A stretch of 10,274 nt of DNA, taken from assembly GCA_048940645.1 (NCBI GenBank), contig JBHLOI010000089.1, forward strand, positions 1-10,274, in the 5' to 3' direction. Below, one piece after another: positions 1-8,666 of this stretch; within the stretch, counting starts at the first letter, position 1; every line of letters begins with the position of its first letter. The position numbers and the translations under genes are program-made. The DNA is from Promethearchaeota archaeon (GTDB taxonomy: Archaea > Asgardarchaeota > Lokiarchaeia > Sigyniarchaeales > SOKP01). The notes beneath the pieces were generated by a model. That model saw only the letters and a program-made list of their open reading frames with translations. It was not told where the DNA came from and ran no database searches.

Positions 1-1443
1 CCATTGTTCCGAGAGTGTGTTACAGAAGAGGGGTTAAATCCTTATCTCTTTAATTTCGTTAATATTCGGGATCAGTGTACATGGGTGCATATGAAGCATC
101 CTAAAGAGGCGTTTGAAAAAGCAAAAGATCTTATAAGAATGGGAACAGCAAAAGCCGTAAAGCTCGAACCTTTAGATATGATTATGATAAAAATTAACCC
201 TGTTGCTTTAGTTATTGGTGGTGGGGTTACTGGAATGAGTTCAGCTCTTAGTTTGAGTCGACAGGGATTCAAGACTTACTTAATTGAAAAGGAAGACAAG
301 TTAGGTGGGAGATTAAATTCACTTTATAAGTTATTTCCTTATGAAATAGATTCAACAGAGTTTGTTGAGAAAATTATTAGTAATGTTAATAATGCGCAAA
401 ATTTAGAGGTTTATACTTCAGCAAAAGTGAAAAATGTTGAAGGTTTTGTGGGTAATTACGAAATAGAAGTTGAACAGAATGATAAAGTAATAAATTTAAC
501 CGCTGGAGCAATTATAGTCGCAGTGGGTTCATCATTACTGACACCTACGAATTTATTTGGATATGATGGAAAAGTGAGGATAACTCAATATGAATTAGAA
601 ACCAAATTAAAAAATAACGAAATTGAAGCTAAGGATATTGTAATGATACAATGTGTTGGTTCGCGTAATGATGAGAGACCTTATTGTTCGAGTGTTTGTT
701 GCATGACGGCTTTAAAGAATGCATTAATTATTAAGGATAAAATACCTTACGCTAATGTCATGATACTATTTCGGGACTTGTACACACCTGGAACGGAGTA
801 TGAAGAATATTATAGGAGAGCAAGAGAGAAAGGTATATTCTTTATAAAATATGATCCTAGTAGATTACCGAAAGTTGATGAAAATCAAGTTAAGGTTTAT
901 AATGAATATATAGGAGAAGAAATGACTTTCCCTTATGATCTTCTCGTATTAAGTACTCCTTTAATTGCTAATTATGACAATAAAGAACTTGCTCAACTAT
1001 TGAAAGTTCCTTTAGAAAGTAATAATTTTTTTTTAGAGGCGCACGTAAAATTAAAACCTAGTGATTTTGCCACAGATGGAGTATTTATTGGGGGATCAGC
1101 GAAGTGGCCGGTAGATATTACTGAAGCTATAACTCAAGGTTATGCTGCCGCTTCAAGGGCAAGCACTATTTTATCTCATGAGACAATTAAAGTAGAAGGT
1201 GCCACATCAAGCTTACCGGAATATAATAAGAATTTATGTTCAGGTTGTGAAGTTTGTATTAAAGTTTGTCCTTATCATGCTATAAAGAAGACTGAAAGCG
1301 ATGAGATAGAAATTATTGAAGCATTATGTAAAGGATGTGGCGTATGTGGAGCAACTTGTACAAATCAAGCAATTGTAATAAAGCATTTTACTGACCCACA
1401 AATCTTATCAGAAATTTTTGTACTTGGAGGTAAAGAAATTTGA
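1..1443 (+). CDS. hdrA: Heterodisulfide reductase subunit A family protein (FAD, Fe-S), 5'-truncated by the window edge
   Basis: The frame is open from base 1 (CCA TTG TTC = PLFRE..., aligning with PLFQE at 3781 of the downstream hdrA), so TTG at 4 is not the real start. Motifs: NIRDQCTWVH, Rossmann ALVIGGGVTG, QCVGSR...YCSSVCC...K, FFLEAHVKLKP, and two C-terminal CxxCxxCxxxC ferredoxin motifs. Confidence 0.95.
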   Translation, partial: PLFRECVTEEGLNPYLFNFVNIRDQCTWVHMKHPKEAFEKAKDLIRMGTAKAVKLEPLDMIMIKINPVALVIGGGVTGMSSALSLSRQGFKTYLIEKEDKLGGRLNSLYKLFPYEIDSTEFVEKIISNVNNAQNLEVYTSAKVKNVEGFVGNYEIEVEQNDKVINLTAGAIIVAVGSSLLTPTNLFGYDGKVRITQYELETKLKNNEIEAKDIVMIQCVGSRNDERPYCSSVCCMTALKNALIIKDKIPYANVMILFRDLYTPGTEYEEYYRRAREKGIFFIKYDPSRLPKVDENQVKVYNEYIGEEMTFPYDLLVLSTPLIANYDNKELAQLLKVPLESNNFFLEAHVKLKPSDFATDGVFIGGSAKWPVDITEAITQGYAAASRASTILSHETIKVEGATSSLPEYNKNLCSGCEVCIKVCPYHAIKKTESDEIEIIEALCKGCGVCGATCTNQAIVIKHFTDPQILSEIFVLGGKEI

Positions 1444-2204
1444 TGAGTTTTGAGCCTAAAATTTTAGGATTTTTATGTAATTGGTGCTCATATGCAGGAG
1501 CAGATTTAGCAGGAGTAAGTAGAGTTCAATATCCCCCAAATATTAGGGTAATTAGAGTTATGTGTAGTGGTCGTGTTGATCCCAAATTTATTTTAAAAGC
1601 ACTCCAAATCGGAATTGATGGAGTAATTGTTATGGGATGCCACCCTGGTGATTGTCATTATCTTGAAGGAAATTATGAAGCTGAAAAGAAATTTGAGATG
1701 GTTGAGAAATTTCTTAAATTTGTTAACTTAGATAAAAGAATAAGATTAGAATGGGTTTCAGCTTCTGAAGGTGTAAGATTTGGTGAAGTAGTTAAAGATT
1801 TTACAGAAAATATACGAAAATTGGGGCCTTCTCCTCTTAGTGGAGATCATATTGATGAAAAATTATTAGAAAAATTAATAGCGATTGAAATGGCAGCTAC
1901 AAGCAATAGGATTAGAGCCCTTATTGGGAGACAAAGAAAGATTACATCAGAAGAAAATACATATGGGGAAAAATATCCAGAGGAACAATTCAATAAATTA
2001 TTAGATCAAGCAATTAAAGATGAGTTTGAACGCCATTGTATTTTAGTCGCTTTAGAAAAAAATTCTAAATCCATTAAAGGTTTAGCAAAAGAATTAGATA
2101 TTGATCCAAGTATAGTATTAGAACATATATTAGTATTAAAGGTTCGAAGTCAAGTAGACTTTGGAGAAATTATTGGAAATACGCCTATTTTTATTCGATT
2201 ATAA
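1440..2204 (+). CDS. mvhD: MvhD/FlpD family [2Fe-2S] subunit with a ~120-aa C-terminal extension ending in a winged-HTH-like segment
   Basis: Motifs FLCNWCSYAGADLAG, RVMCSGRVDP, GCHPGDCHY, WVSASEG. The core ends at LGPSP (1821-1835). Start is TTG 1440 (7 nt after GGAGGTA at 1426-1432) or ATG 1443 (TGATG overlap). Confidence 0.92.
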   Translation: MMSFEPKILGFLCNWCSYAGADLAGVSRVQYPPNIRVIRVMCSGRVDPKFILKALQIGIDGVIVMGCHPGDCHYLEGNYEAEKKFEMVEKFLKFVNLDKRIRLEWVSASEGVRFGEVVKDFTENIRKLGPSPLSGDHIDEKLLEKLIAIEMAATSNRIRALIGRQRKITSEENTYGEKYPEEQFNKLLDQAIKDEFERHCILVALEKNSKSIKGLAKELDIDPSIVLEHILVLKVRSQVDFGEIIGNTPIFIRL

Positions 2205-2217
2205 GAGGGATAAATGG

Positions 2218-5200
2218 ATGGAAAAAGTAGGAGCTGTTATGGTTGTAGGTGCTGGTATTGGGGGATCCCAAGCAGCACTAGATTTAGCAGATTCAGGTTA
2301 TAAGGTTTATTTGGTTGAATCAAGCACTAGTATTGGCGGGGTAATGGCACAGCTAGATAAAACCTTCCCAACAAATGATTGTGCTATGTGTATTGTAAGC
2401 CCAAAATTAGTAGAAACTGGACGGCATCAAAATATAGACTTGAGTATTAATTGTAAAATTGAAGAGGTTAGTGGAGAGGCAGGGAATTTTATGGTTAAAG
2501 TATTAAAAAAAACACTATTTATAAATCCTGATATATGTACTGGCTGCGGAGTTTGTGGTCGTGAATGTCCTGTTGAAGCAATTGATATCTTTAATGAAGG
2601 CTTATCTAAATACGCTGCAACATCAGTTAAATATCCACAAGCAGTACCATTAGTATATGCTATTAATAAAGATTATTGTATCGGCTGTGGAATATGTCAA
2701 GGTGTTTGTAAAGCAAAAGCAGTAGAATATGAGAGAGAAGATGAAGAAGTAGATATAAATGTAGGAGCTATAATTTTAGCCCCAGGTTTCGACGAATATA
2801 TTCCAAAGGCAGCAAATTTGTATGGATATGGGAAGTATAAAAATGTAGTAACAAGTATAGAGTTTGAACGTATCTTAAGTGCGAGTGGGCCATATGCTGG
2901 TAGAGTCTTACGCCCTTCAGATGGTGATGTTCCAGAAAAAGTAGCATTTCTCCAATGCATTGGCTCTCGTGATTATACTGGAAATGGGCAACCTTATTGT
3001 TCTTCAGTATGCTGTATGTATACAGCTAAGGAAGCCGTTATTGCCCATGAGCATATGCATCAGATTAAGCCGACGATCTTTAGCATGGATGTAAGAGCAT
3101 ATGGAAAGGATTTTGATAAATACATTATTAGAGCCCAGGAAGAATATGGTGTCCAATACATAAGAAGTCGTATCTCATCTATTAAAGAAGTATCAGAAAC
3201 AAAGGATTTACGGATAAGATATGAAACTGAAGATGGAAAAGTAATGGAAGAAGATTTTCATTTGGTCGTCCTTGCAGTTGGATTAAATCCTCCTAATGAT
3301 GCAAAATATCTTGCTGAAAAGTTTGGTGTAGAATTAAATGAGTTTGGTTTTGCGAGAACTGAAAAATATAACCCCGTTCAAACATCAAAGCCGGGTGTTT
3401 TTACATGTGGAGCATTTTCATCACCTAAAGATATTCCTGATACAGTGACCCAAGCTAGTGCAGCTGCTGGTTGTGTTAATCAGCTTTTATATGAAAAACG
3501 AGGCACTTTAATAACAGAAAAAACATTACCTCCTGAAATTTTTGTGAATGGTCAACCGCCTAGAATTGGTGTATTTATCTGCCATTGTGGAATTAACATT
3601 GGAGGTTTTGTAGATGTTCCAGAAGTGACAAAATATGCGAGCACTCTCCCAAATGTAGTTATGACAGATCGTAATCTCTACACTTGTTCAGCAGATACTC
3701 AAACAATAATAAAAGAAAAAATAAAAGAGTATCATCTTAATCGTGTTATAGTTGCATCATGTACACCTAGAACCCATGAACCATTGTTTCAAGAAACTAT
3801 TAGAGAAGCTGGTTTAAACAGGTATTTATTTCAAATGGCAAATATTAGAGATCAATGTTCATGGGTACATATGAACGAGCCAGAGAAAGCTACCCAAAAA
3901 GCAAAAGATTTAGTAAGAATGGCAGTAAATAAAGCCAGAGAAATAGAGCCTATTGAAAGAATTAGATTACCAGTTACTTCTAAAGCTCTTGTTGTTGGAG
4001 GAGGAATAAGTGGTATGGTGGCGGCTGTTAATTTTGCTAGTCAAGAATATGAAACATTTCTAGTTGAAAAACAAGAAGAACTGGGAGGATTTGCCCGAAA
4101 TATATATCACACTCTTGAGGGAGGGAATGTTCAAGAATTCTTGGCTGATTTGATTAACAAAGTAAAATCGAATAAAACTATTCATACATATACAGATGCC
4201 GAAATTGAAAATATTGATGGTTATATTGGTAATTTTAAAACTTCAATTATTCACGGTAAGAATAAAGAAAGAGTGGAATTTGATCATGGAGTAGTTATTG
4301 TCGCAACAGGAGCAAAAGAATATCAACCTAAAGAATTTTTATTCGGACAAAATGAAAATGTAATCCTCCAGTCTGAATTTGAAAAGATGATAAACTCAGA
4401 CAATAAAATAAAGAATAAAAAATCAGTTGTAATGATTCAATGTGTAGGCTCGAGAAATGATGAACATCCTTATTGTAGTAAAATGTGTTGTGCTGAAGCA
4501 ATTAAGAACGCCCTATTAGCTAAAGAAAAAAATCCAGATGTGGAAATAACAGTTCTATTTCGAGATATTCGGACTTATGGATTTAAAGAAAAGTACTACC
4601 GAAAGGCACGCGAAGCAGGAATCATTTTCCTCCGGTATGATGAAGGTAATCCCCCTAAAGTAGTTCCAGAGGATTCAATATTAAAAATTGAGGTTTCAAC
4701 TCCAAGAAAAGAAAGAATCAACATTAACTCTGATCTATTGGTTCTAAGCGCTGGAATATATTCAGATAGAGAGGAAAATGAGGAGCTGGCCAAGATGTTA
4801 AAAGTTCCTCTTAATGATGATAATTTCTTTTTAGAAGCACATGTTAAGTTACGCCCGGTAGATTTTGCCACTGAAGGAGTATTTTTAGCAGGTTTAGCAC
4901 ATTGTCCCAAAACAATCGAAGATTCTATTGCGCAGGCGAATGCTGCAGTTTCAAGAGCCTGTACTATACTATCAAAAGATGAAATAGAGGCTGAAGGTAA
5001 AACTGCCATGATCCTTCCAGAACGCTGCATTGGATGTGGTATGTGCGTAGAAAATTGTGCTTATAATGCAATCGACTTAGTTGATGACCGTCGATTCGGA
5101 AGAATCGCTAAAATTAACCAAGCATTATGTAAGGGTTGCGGTGCTTGTTCAGGTAATTGTAGATGTGCTGCTATAGATGTATTAGGTTTCACGGGTGAAC

Positions 5201-5232
5201 AAGTATTTGCAATGATAACTGGGAGGTGCTAA
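2218..5232 (+). CDS. hdrA: Large two-module (tandem) HdrA-like flavo-iron-sulfur protein, 1004 aa
   Basis: Start moved to ATG 2218, which has SD-like AGAGGGA at 2204-2210 and avoids overlap with mvhD. Module 1: VVGAGIGG, LDKTFPTNDCAMCI, inserted 2x[4Fe-4S] ferredoxin, EFERILSASGP, QCIGSR..YCSSVCC. An internal HdrA N-terminal-type domain starts at 3556 (RIGVFICHCG, ASCTPRTHE, NIRDQC). Module 2 starts at ~3982: LVVGGGISG, QCVGSR..YCSKMCC, C-terminal 2x[4Fe-4S]. Confidence 0.95.
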   Translation: MEKVGAVMVVGAGIGGSQAALDLADSGYKVYLVESSTSIGGVMAQLDKTFPTNDCAMCIVSPKLVETGRHQNIDLSINCKIEEVSGEAGNFMVKVLKKTLFINPDICTGCGVCGRECPVEAIDIFNEGLSKYAATSVKYPQAVPLVYAINKDYCIGCGICQGVCKAKAVEYEREDEEVDINVGAIILAPGFDEYIPKAANLYGYGKYKNVVTSIEFERILSASGPYAGRVLRPSDGDVPEKVAFLQCIGSRDYTGNGQPYCSSVCCMYTAKEAVIAHEHMHQIKPTIFSMDVRAYGKDFDKYIIRAQEEYGVQYIRSRISSIKEVSETKDLRIRYETEDGKVMEEDFHLVVLAVGLNPPNDAKYLAEKFGVELNEFGFARTEKYNPVQTSKPGVFTCGAFSSPKDIPDTVTQASAAAGCVNQLLYEKRGTLITEKTLPPEIFVNGQPPRIGVFICHCGINIGGFVDVPEVTKYASTLPNVVMTDRNLYTCSADTQTIIKEKIKEYHLNRVIVASCTPRTHEPLFQETIREAGLNRYLFQMANIRDQCSWVHMNEPEKATQKAKDLVRMAVNKAREIEPIERIRLPVTSKALVVGGGISGMVAAVNFASQEYETFLVEKQEELGGFARNIYHTLEGGNVQEFLADLINKVKSNKTIHTYTDAEIENIDGYIGNFKTSIIHGKNKERVEFDHGVVIVATGAKEYQPKEFLFGQNENVILQSEFEKMINSDNKIKNKKSVVMIQCVGSRNDEHPYCSKMCCAEAIKNALLAKEKNPDVEITVLFRDIRTYGFKEKYYRKAREAGIIFLRYDEGNPPKVVPEDSILKIEVSTPRKERININSDLLVLSAGIYSDREENEELAKMLKVPLNDDNFFLEAHVKLRPVDFATEGVFLAGLAHCPKTIEDSIAQANAAVSRACTILSKDEIEAEGKTAMILPERCIGCGMCVENCAYNAIDLVDDRRFGRIAKINQALCKGCGACSGNCRCAAIDVLGFTGEQVFAMITGRC
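5222..5228 (+). promoter_or_regulatory. Shine-Dalgarno site of mvhD/flxD
   Basis: GGAGGTG lies 8 nt before ATG 5237. Confidence 0.75.
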
Positions 5233-5236
5233 TAAG

Positions 5237-5689
5237 ATGGCAACGCAAACAAAACAAGAAGAAAACCTAAATGATGGATGGGAACCCAAAATTTTAGCAT
5301 TTTTATGTAATTGGTGTTCTTATGCCGGAGCAGATTTAGCGGGGGTTAGTAGGATTCAATACCCTCCTACTATTAGGGTTGTAAGAGTTCCCTGTTCTGG
5401 TAGAGTAAGCCCTTATTTTATTATTAAGAGTTTAATGGATGGTTGGGATGGGGTTGTTGTTTCGGGATGCCATCCTGGAGATTGCCATTATCTTACAGGA
5501 AATTTAGTAGCAAGAAGACGATTTGCGATTTTAAAAGAATTGTTAGAATTTTTCGGTATAGAACCAGGAAGAATTAATTTTATGTGGGCTTCTGCTGCTG
5601 AGGGTGAACGTTTTGCCAACTTAATTAAAAAGGCGACTAAAATTGTTAAACAGCTAGGACCGAATAAAAAATTTGAAAAGAAATGGTGA
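5237..5689 (+). CDS. mvhD: MvhD/FlxD family [2Fe-2S] subunit
   Basis: Motifs FLCNWCSYAGADLAG, RVPCSGRV, GCHPGDCHY, WASAAEG. SD GGAGGTG at 5222-5228. It sits in the flxD position of the hdrA-flxDCBA order. Confidence 0.95.
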   Translation: MATQTKQEENLNDGWEPKILAFLCNWCSYAGADLAGVSRIQYPPTIRVVRVPCSGRVSPYFIIKSLMDGWDGVVVSGCHPGDCHYLTGNLVARRRFAILKELLEFFGIEPGRINFMWASAAEGERFANLIKKATKIVKQLGPNKKFEKKW

Positions 5690-6714
5690 TGATAGTGGGA
5701 ATTGAAACAGAGAATAGGGAAATTGAAAATTCAATGAGAGAAACTGCTCGATCTCTACTCAAAGAGAAAAAAGTAGATGTAATTATTGGATATAAAAGCG
5801 GAACTGTTCCCTTAAGTTCAGCACCAATAATGATAACAAAAGAAGAAGATGTTGAAAAACTAATTTGGAATAATTTATGTTATGTTAATTTAGCTAAGTA
5901 TTTGGTTCCTCGAATTCCTCAACTAGTTGATCCTGAAAAAGGAAATTTAAAAGTAGGAATAGTATCTAAAGGTTGTGTTGGTAGAGCATTAATTCATTTA
6001 GCAGTCGAGAACCAAATTAATCTTGAAAATATCAAAATGATTGGAATTCCTTGTAATGGTATAATCAATCGAAAAAGAATTGAAAAGGAGATTGGTGAAA
6101 AAGAAATTTTAGAGATTTTTGCCTCTGGTAATGATATAGTTGTGAAGGGAAAGAATTTTGAACAAAAGTTTTCTTTTGATGAGTATATCAATGAATTATG
6201 TAAAGTATGCAAAGTTAAATCTCCTCCTGTACTCGCAGCATTAGCGGAAAATTGTGTTGGTGAATGCCAAGAAATAAGCTCCATAGACGATAATTTTGAA
6301 GACTTAATGGAATTTGAATCGAAAACAACTGAAGAGAAATGGGATTATATTAAAGATACATTAGAGACATGCACTAGATGTTATGCCTGTAGAGAGGCAT
6401 GTCCTATGTGCTATTGTAATTTATGTTTTGTAGATCAAAATAAACCTATCTGGTTTGAAAAAACAACAGAAATATCTGATATAATAGCATTTCATCTCGT
6501 TCGTGCGATGCATTTAGCAGGTCGCTGTGTAGCATGTGGAGCTTGTAGTAGTGTCTGTCCAATGGGAATTGATTTAAATTTAATTACAAGAAAATTGGAG
6601 AAAATCGTAAAAGAAAGATTTAATTTTACATCTGGCATTGATTCCGAGAAAATGGCTCCTATGATGGATTTTAGCATGGATGATGCAGAAGAATTTATGT
6701 TAGAAGAAGATTAA
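5683..6714 (+). CDS. flxC: FlxC-like iron-sulfur protein (FdhB/FrhB-related N-terminal part plus 4Fe-4S dicluster)
   Basis: Motifs CTRCYACREACPMCYCNLCF, FHLVRAMHLAGRCVACGACSSVCP, VDVIIGY, KGC, IGIPC. Located between mvhD and an AsrA-like gene. Start is uncertain: ATG 5683, ATG 5689, or GTG 5695 after GGTGA at 5685-5689. Confidence 0.82.
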   Translation: MVMIVGIETENREIENSMRETARSLLKEKKVDVIIGYKSGTVPLSSAPIMITKEEDVEKLIWNNLCYVNLAKYLVPRIPQLVDPEKGNLKVGIVSKGCVGRALIHLAVENQINLENIKMIGIPCNGIINRKRIEKEIGEKEILEIFASGNDIVVKGKNFEQKFSFDEYINELCKVCKVKSPPVLAALAENCVGECQEISSIDDNFEDLMEFESKTTEEKWDYIKDTLETCTRCYACREACPMCYCNLCFVDQNKPIWFEKTTEISDIIAFHLVRAMHLAGRCVACGACSSVCPMGIDLNLITRKLEKIVKERFNFTSGIDSEKMAPMMDFSMDDAEEFMLEED

Positions 6715-6716
6715 AA

Positions 6717-6723
6717 AGGTGAT
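6717..6723 (+). promoter_or_regulatory. Shine-Dalgarno site of flxB
   Basis: AGGTGAT in the flxC-flxB gap, complementary to the 16S rRNA 3' end. Confidence 0.7.
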
Positions 6724-6746
6724 TAAAAATAGAGCAAAAAGTATTA

Positions 6747-7790
6747 ATGAAAAATGAAATAGGGAAGTTATATATTGAATTGAGTGAAGAATTCAATTTC
6801 TATGCACCAATTAAGGAAAAGGGTAATTTAGTATTTAAAAAAATATTAAATCCTGACGATATTGTATTAGATTACTTCAATTCTAAGGTACCTCCAAAAG
6901 AAATATTGTTTCCAAAAATGGAAGTACTTTTTGAATATAAAACTGACGGTAAGGATGTTACTGAGATTATTGAAAGAACTGATTTAGATGAGAAAAATAT
7001 AATATTTGGCATAAGACCATGTGATGCACATAGTTTTGTTCTTTTAGAAAACTTTTTTGCTTTTGGAGATATTCAAGATGAGATTTTTTTGAAGAAAAGA
7101 GCAAATTCTATAGTTATTGGAATTGGTTGTAATGCTCCAAAAAGTACATGTTTTTGTACCTCAATAGAGGGACATCCGTTTATGAAAGATGATATGGATA
7201 TATTCTTAGTAGACTTAGGTGACAAATACTTAGTTGAAGGAGTAAGTGAAAAAGGAAAGGAATTAATGAACAGATTGAAATGGCTTTCTGATGCCAAAAA
7301 ACAAGACATAAATAAGGCAGAAGAATTATCCAAACAGGCAGAAGAATCATTTGAAACTAAACTGGATTTAAAAGATATAGATAAAATACTTGATCCTAAT
7401 TTTGAGCATCCTATTTGGGAAGAAATTAGTGAAATTTGCATAGGATGTGGAACATGTTCCTTCTTATGTCCTACATGTACTTGTTTTGATGTAATTGATG
7501 AAAATGATCATTATAATAACAAAGGACGACGAATTAGGATATGGGATACATGTCAGTTTTGCTTATATTCACTTCATACAAGTGGTCATAATCCACGAGA
7601 GAGTTGTATCGAGCGTTGTAGAAATAGAATTTTACATAAATTTTGCTATTATCCTGAAAATTATAATATGTTAGGATGTGTTGGATGTGGTCGATGCATT
7701 CAACTCTGCCCTGTCAATAACGATCTTAGGGCAATTATTGAAAAAGTCAATAATATTAAAGAAGAAAAGGAGGAGAAAGTGAGTGCCTAA
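6747..7790 (+). CDS. flxB: FlxB / AsrA / sulfhydrogenase beta-like 4Fe-4S protein
   Basis: Motifs PPKEILFP, FGIRPCD, CxxxxxxCFC, CIGCGTCSFLCPTCTCFD, RxWDTC, HKF, GCVGCGRCIQLCP. The first ATG is 6747, but the true start may be ATA 6729 (see findings). Confidence 0.85.
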   Translation: MKNEIGKLYIELSEEFNFYAPIKEKGNLVFKKILNPDDIVLDYFNSKVPPKEILFPKMEVLFEYKTDGKDVTEIIERTDLDEKNIIFGIRPCDAHSFVLLENFFAFGDIQDEIFLKKRANSIVIGIGCNAPKSTCFCTSIEGHPFMKDDMDIFLVDLGDKYLVEGVSEKGKELMNRLKWLSDAKKQDINKAEELSKQAEESFETKLDLKDIDKILDPNFEHPIWEEISEICIGCGTCSFLCPTCTCFDVIDENDHYNNKGRRIRIWDTCQFCLYSLHTSGHNPRESCIERCRNRILHKFCYYPENYNMLGCVGCGRCIQLCPVNNDLRAIIEKVNNIKEEKEEKVSA

Positions 7791-8622
7791 TCCTTATATT
7801 CCTATGTTAACTACTGTTAAAAATATTGTATCAGAAAATAAAGTAAATGATGTTAAGACAATAGAATTAGAATTTAAAAAAGAAGAAAACTACAAAAATT
7901 TTGATTATATACCAGGGCAATTTGCTGAAATCAGCTTAATTGGTAAGGGAGAGTGTCCAATTGGTATTGCTTCCTCACCTACGGAGGAAGGTTCAATTAA
8001 ATTCACGATTAAAAAAATGGGTACGGTAACTACAGGTTTTCATAATTGTGAAGTTGGTGATACTGTGGGCGTCAGAGGCCCTTGTGGAAATGGATGGCCA
8101 ATTGAACAAATGAAAGGAAAAAATATTGTTGTGATTGGTGGTGGATTTGCTTTTTCAACTTTACGTTCACTAGTGGTCTATTTATTGGATGAGAAATACA
8201 GAAAAGACTATAAAAATATTACTGTAATTTATGGTAATCGTGATTCTGGAGAAGTGCTTTATCGAGATATTTTAGAGGAATGGAAAAAAAGGGACGATAT
8301 TAATGTTATACTAACTATTGACCGGGAAGAAGACGGATGGACTGAAAAAGTAGGATTTGTTGCTCCCGTAGTTAAAGAAGTTGGTCCATCTCCCAATAAT
8401 GCTATCGCTGTAGTGTGTGGTCCCCCAATCATGATTAAAACTACCATTGCTGTGTTAGAAGAATTGAATTTCAAAGATGAACAAATATTAAATTCATTAG
8501 AAATGAGAATGAAATGCGGAATTGGTAAATGTGGAAGATGTAATATTGGTAATAAATATGTATGTGTTGACGGTCCAGTTTTTTCCTTGGCAGAGCTCAA
8601 AAAGATGCCAAGTGAGTATTAA
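7783..8622 (+). CDS. flxA: FlxA / AsrB / sulfhydrogenase gamma-like FAD/NAD(P)-binding oxidoreductase with C-terminal [2Fe-2S]
   Basis: Motifs PGQF, GVRGPCGNGW, GGGFAFSTLRS, VCGPPIM, LEMRMKCGIGKCGRC...VCVDGPVF. GTG start lies 7 nt after GGAGGAG (7769-7775) and overlaps the end of flxB by 8 nt. Confidence 0.9.
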   Translation: MPNPYIPMLTTVKNIVSENKVNDVKTIELEFKKEENYKNFDYIPGQFAEISLIGKGECPIGIASSPTEEGSIKFTIKKMGTVTTGFHNCEVGDTVGVRGPCGNGWPIEQMKGKNIVVIGGGFAFSTLRSLVVYLLDEKYRKDYKNITVIYGNRDSGEVLYRDILEEWKKRDDINVILTIDREEDGWTEKVGFVAPVVKEVGPSPNNAIAVVCGPPIMIKTTIAVLEELNFKDEQILNSLEMRMKCGIGKCGRCNIGNKYVCVDGPVFSLAELKKMPSEY

Positions 8623-8666
8623 ATATATTATTAAAAAATTATAAAAAATGAAGAAAGGTATAAAAA

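Noticed and set aside
4-6. TTG start of the first ORF
   Set aside because: It is an internal Leu of the conserved (HE)PLF motif, and the gene continues upstream of the window.
2161-2217. 19-aa N-terminal extension of the large HdrA in the ORF track
   Set aside because: It overlaps mvhD by 44 nt and has no HdrA-like sequence. ATG 2218 has a well-spaced SD.
1441-5694. Selenocysteine recoding of hdrA/mvhD, which are selenoproteins in some archaea
   Set aside because: All visible motif positions are Cys codons with no internal TGA. TGA 1441 follows a complete C-terminus, and TGA 5687 is followed by TGA TAG. No SECIS could be supported.
72-8600. Seven minus-strand ORFs (72-272, 2697-2960, 4596-5030, 5994-6284, 6492-6677, 7073-7441, 8259-8600)
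   Set aside because: All lie antisense within well-supported genes, have Ser/Phe/Ile-rich shadow composition and show no recognisable motifs.
6747-8622. Anaerobic sulfite reductase asrAB or group 3b hydrogenase beta/gamma assignment
   Set aside because: No asrC (siroheme) or NiFe large/small subunit gene is adjacent. The hdrA-mvhD-FeS-FeS-FAD/NAD order matches flxDCBA.
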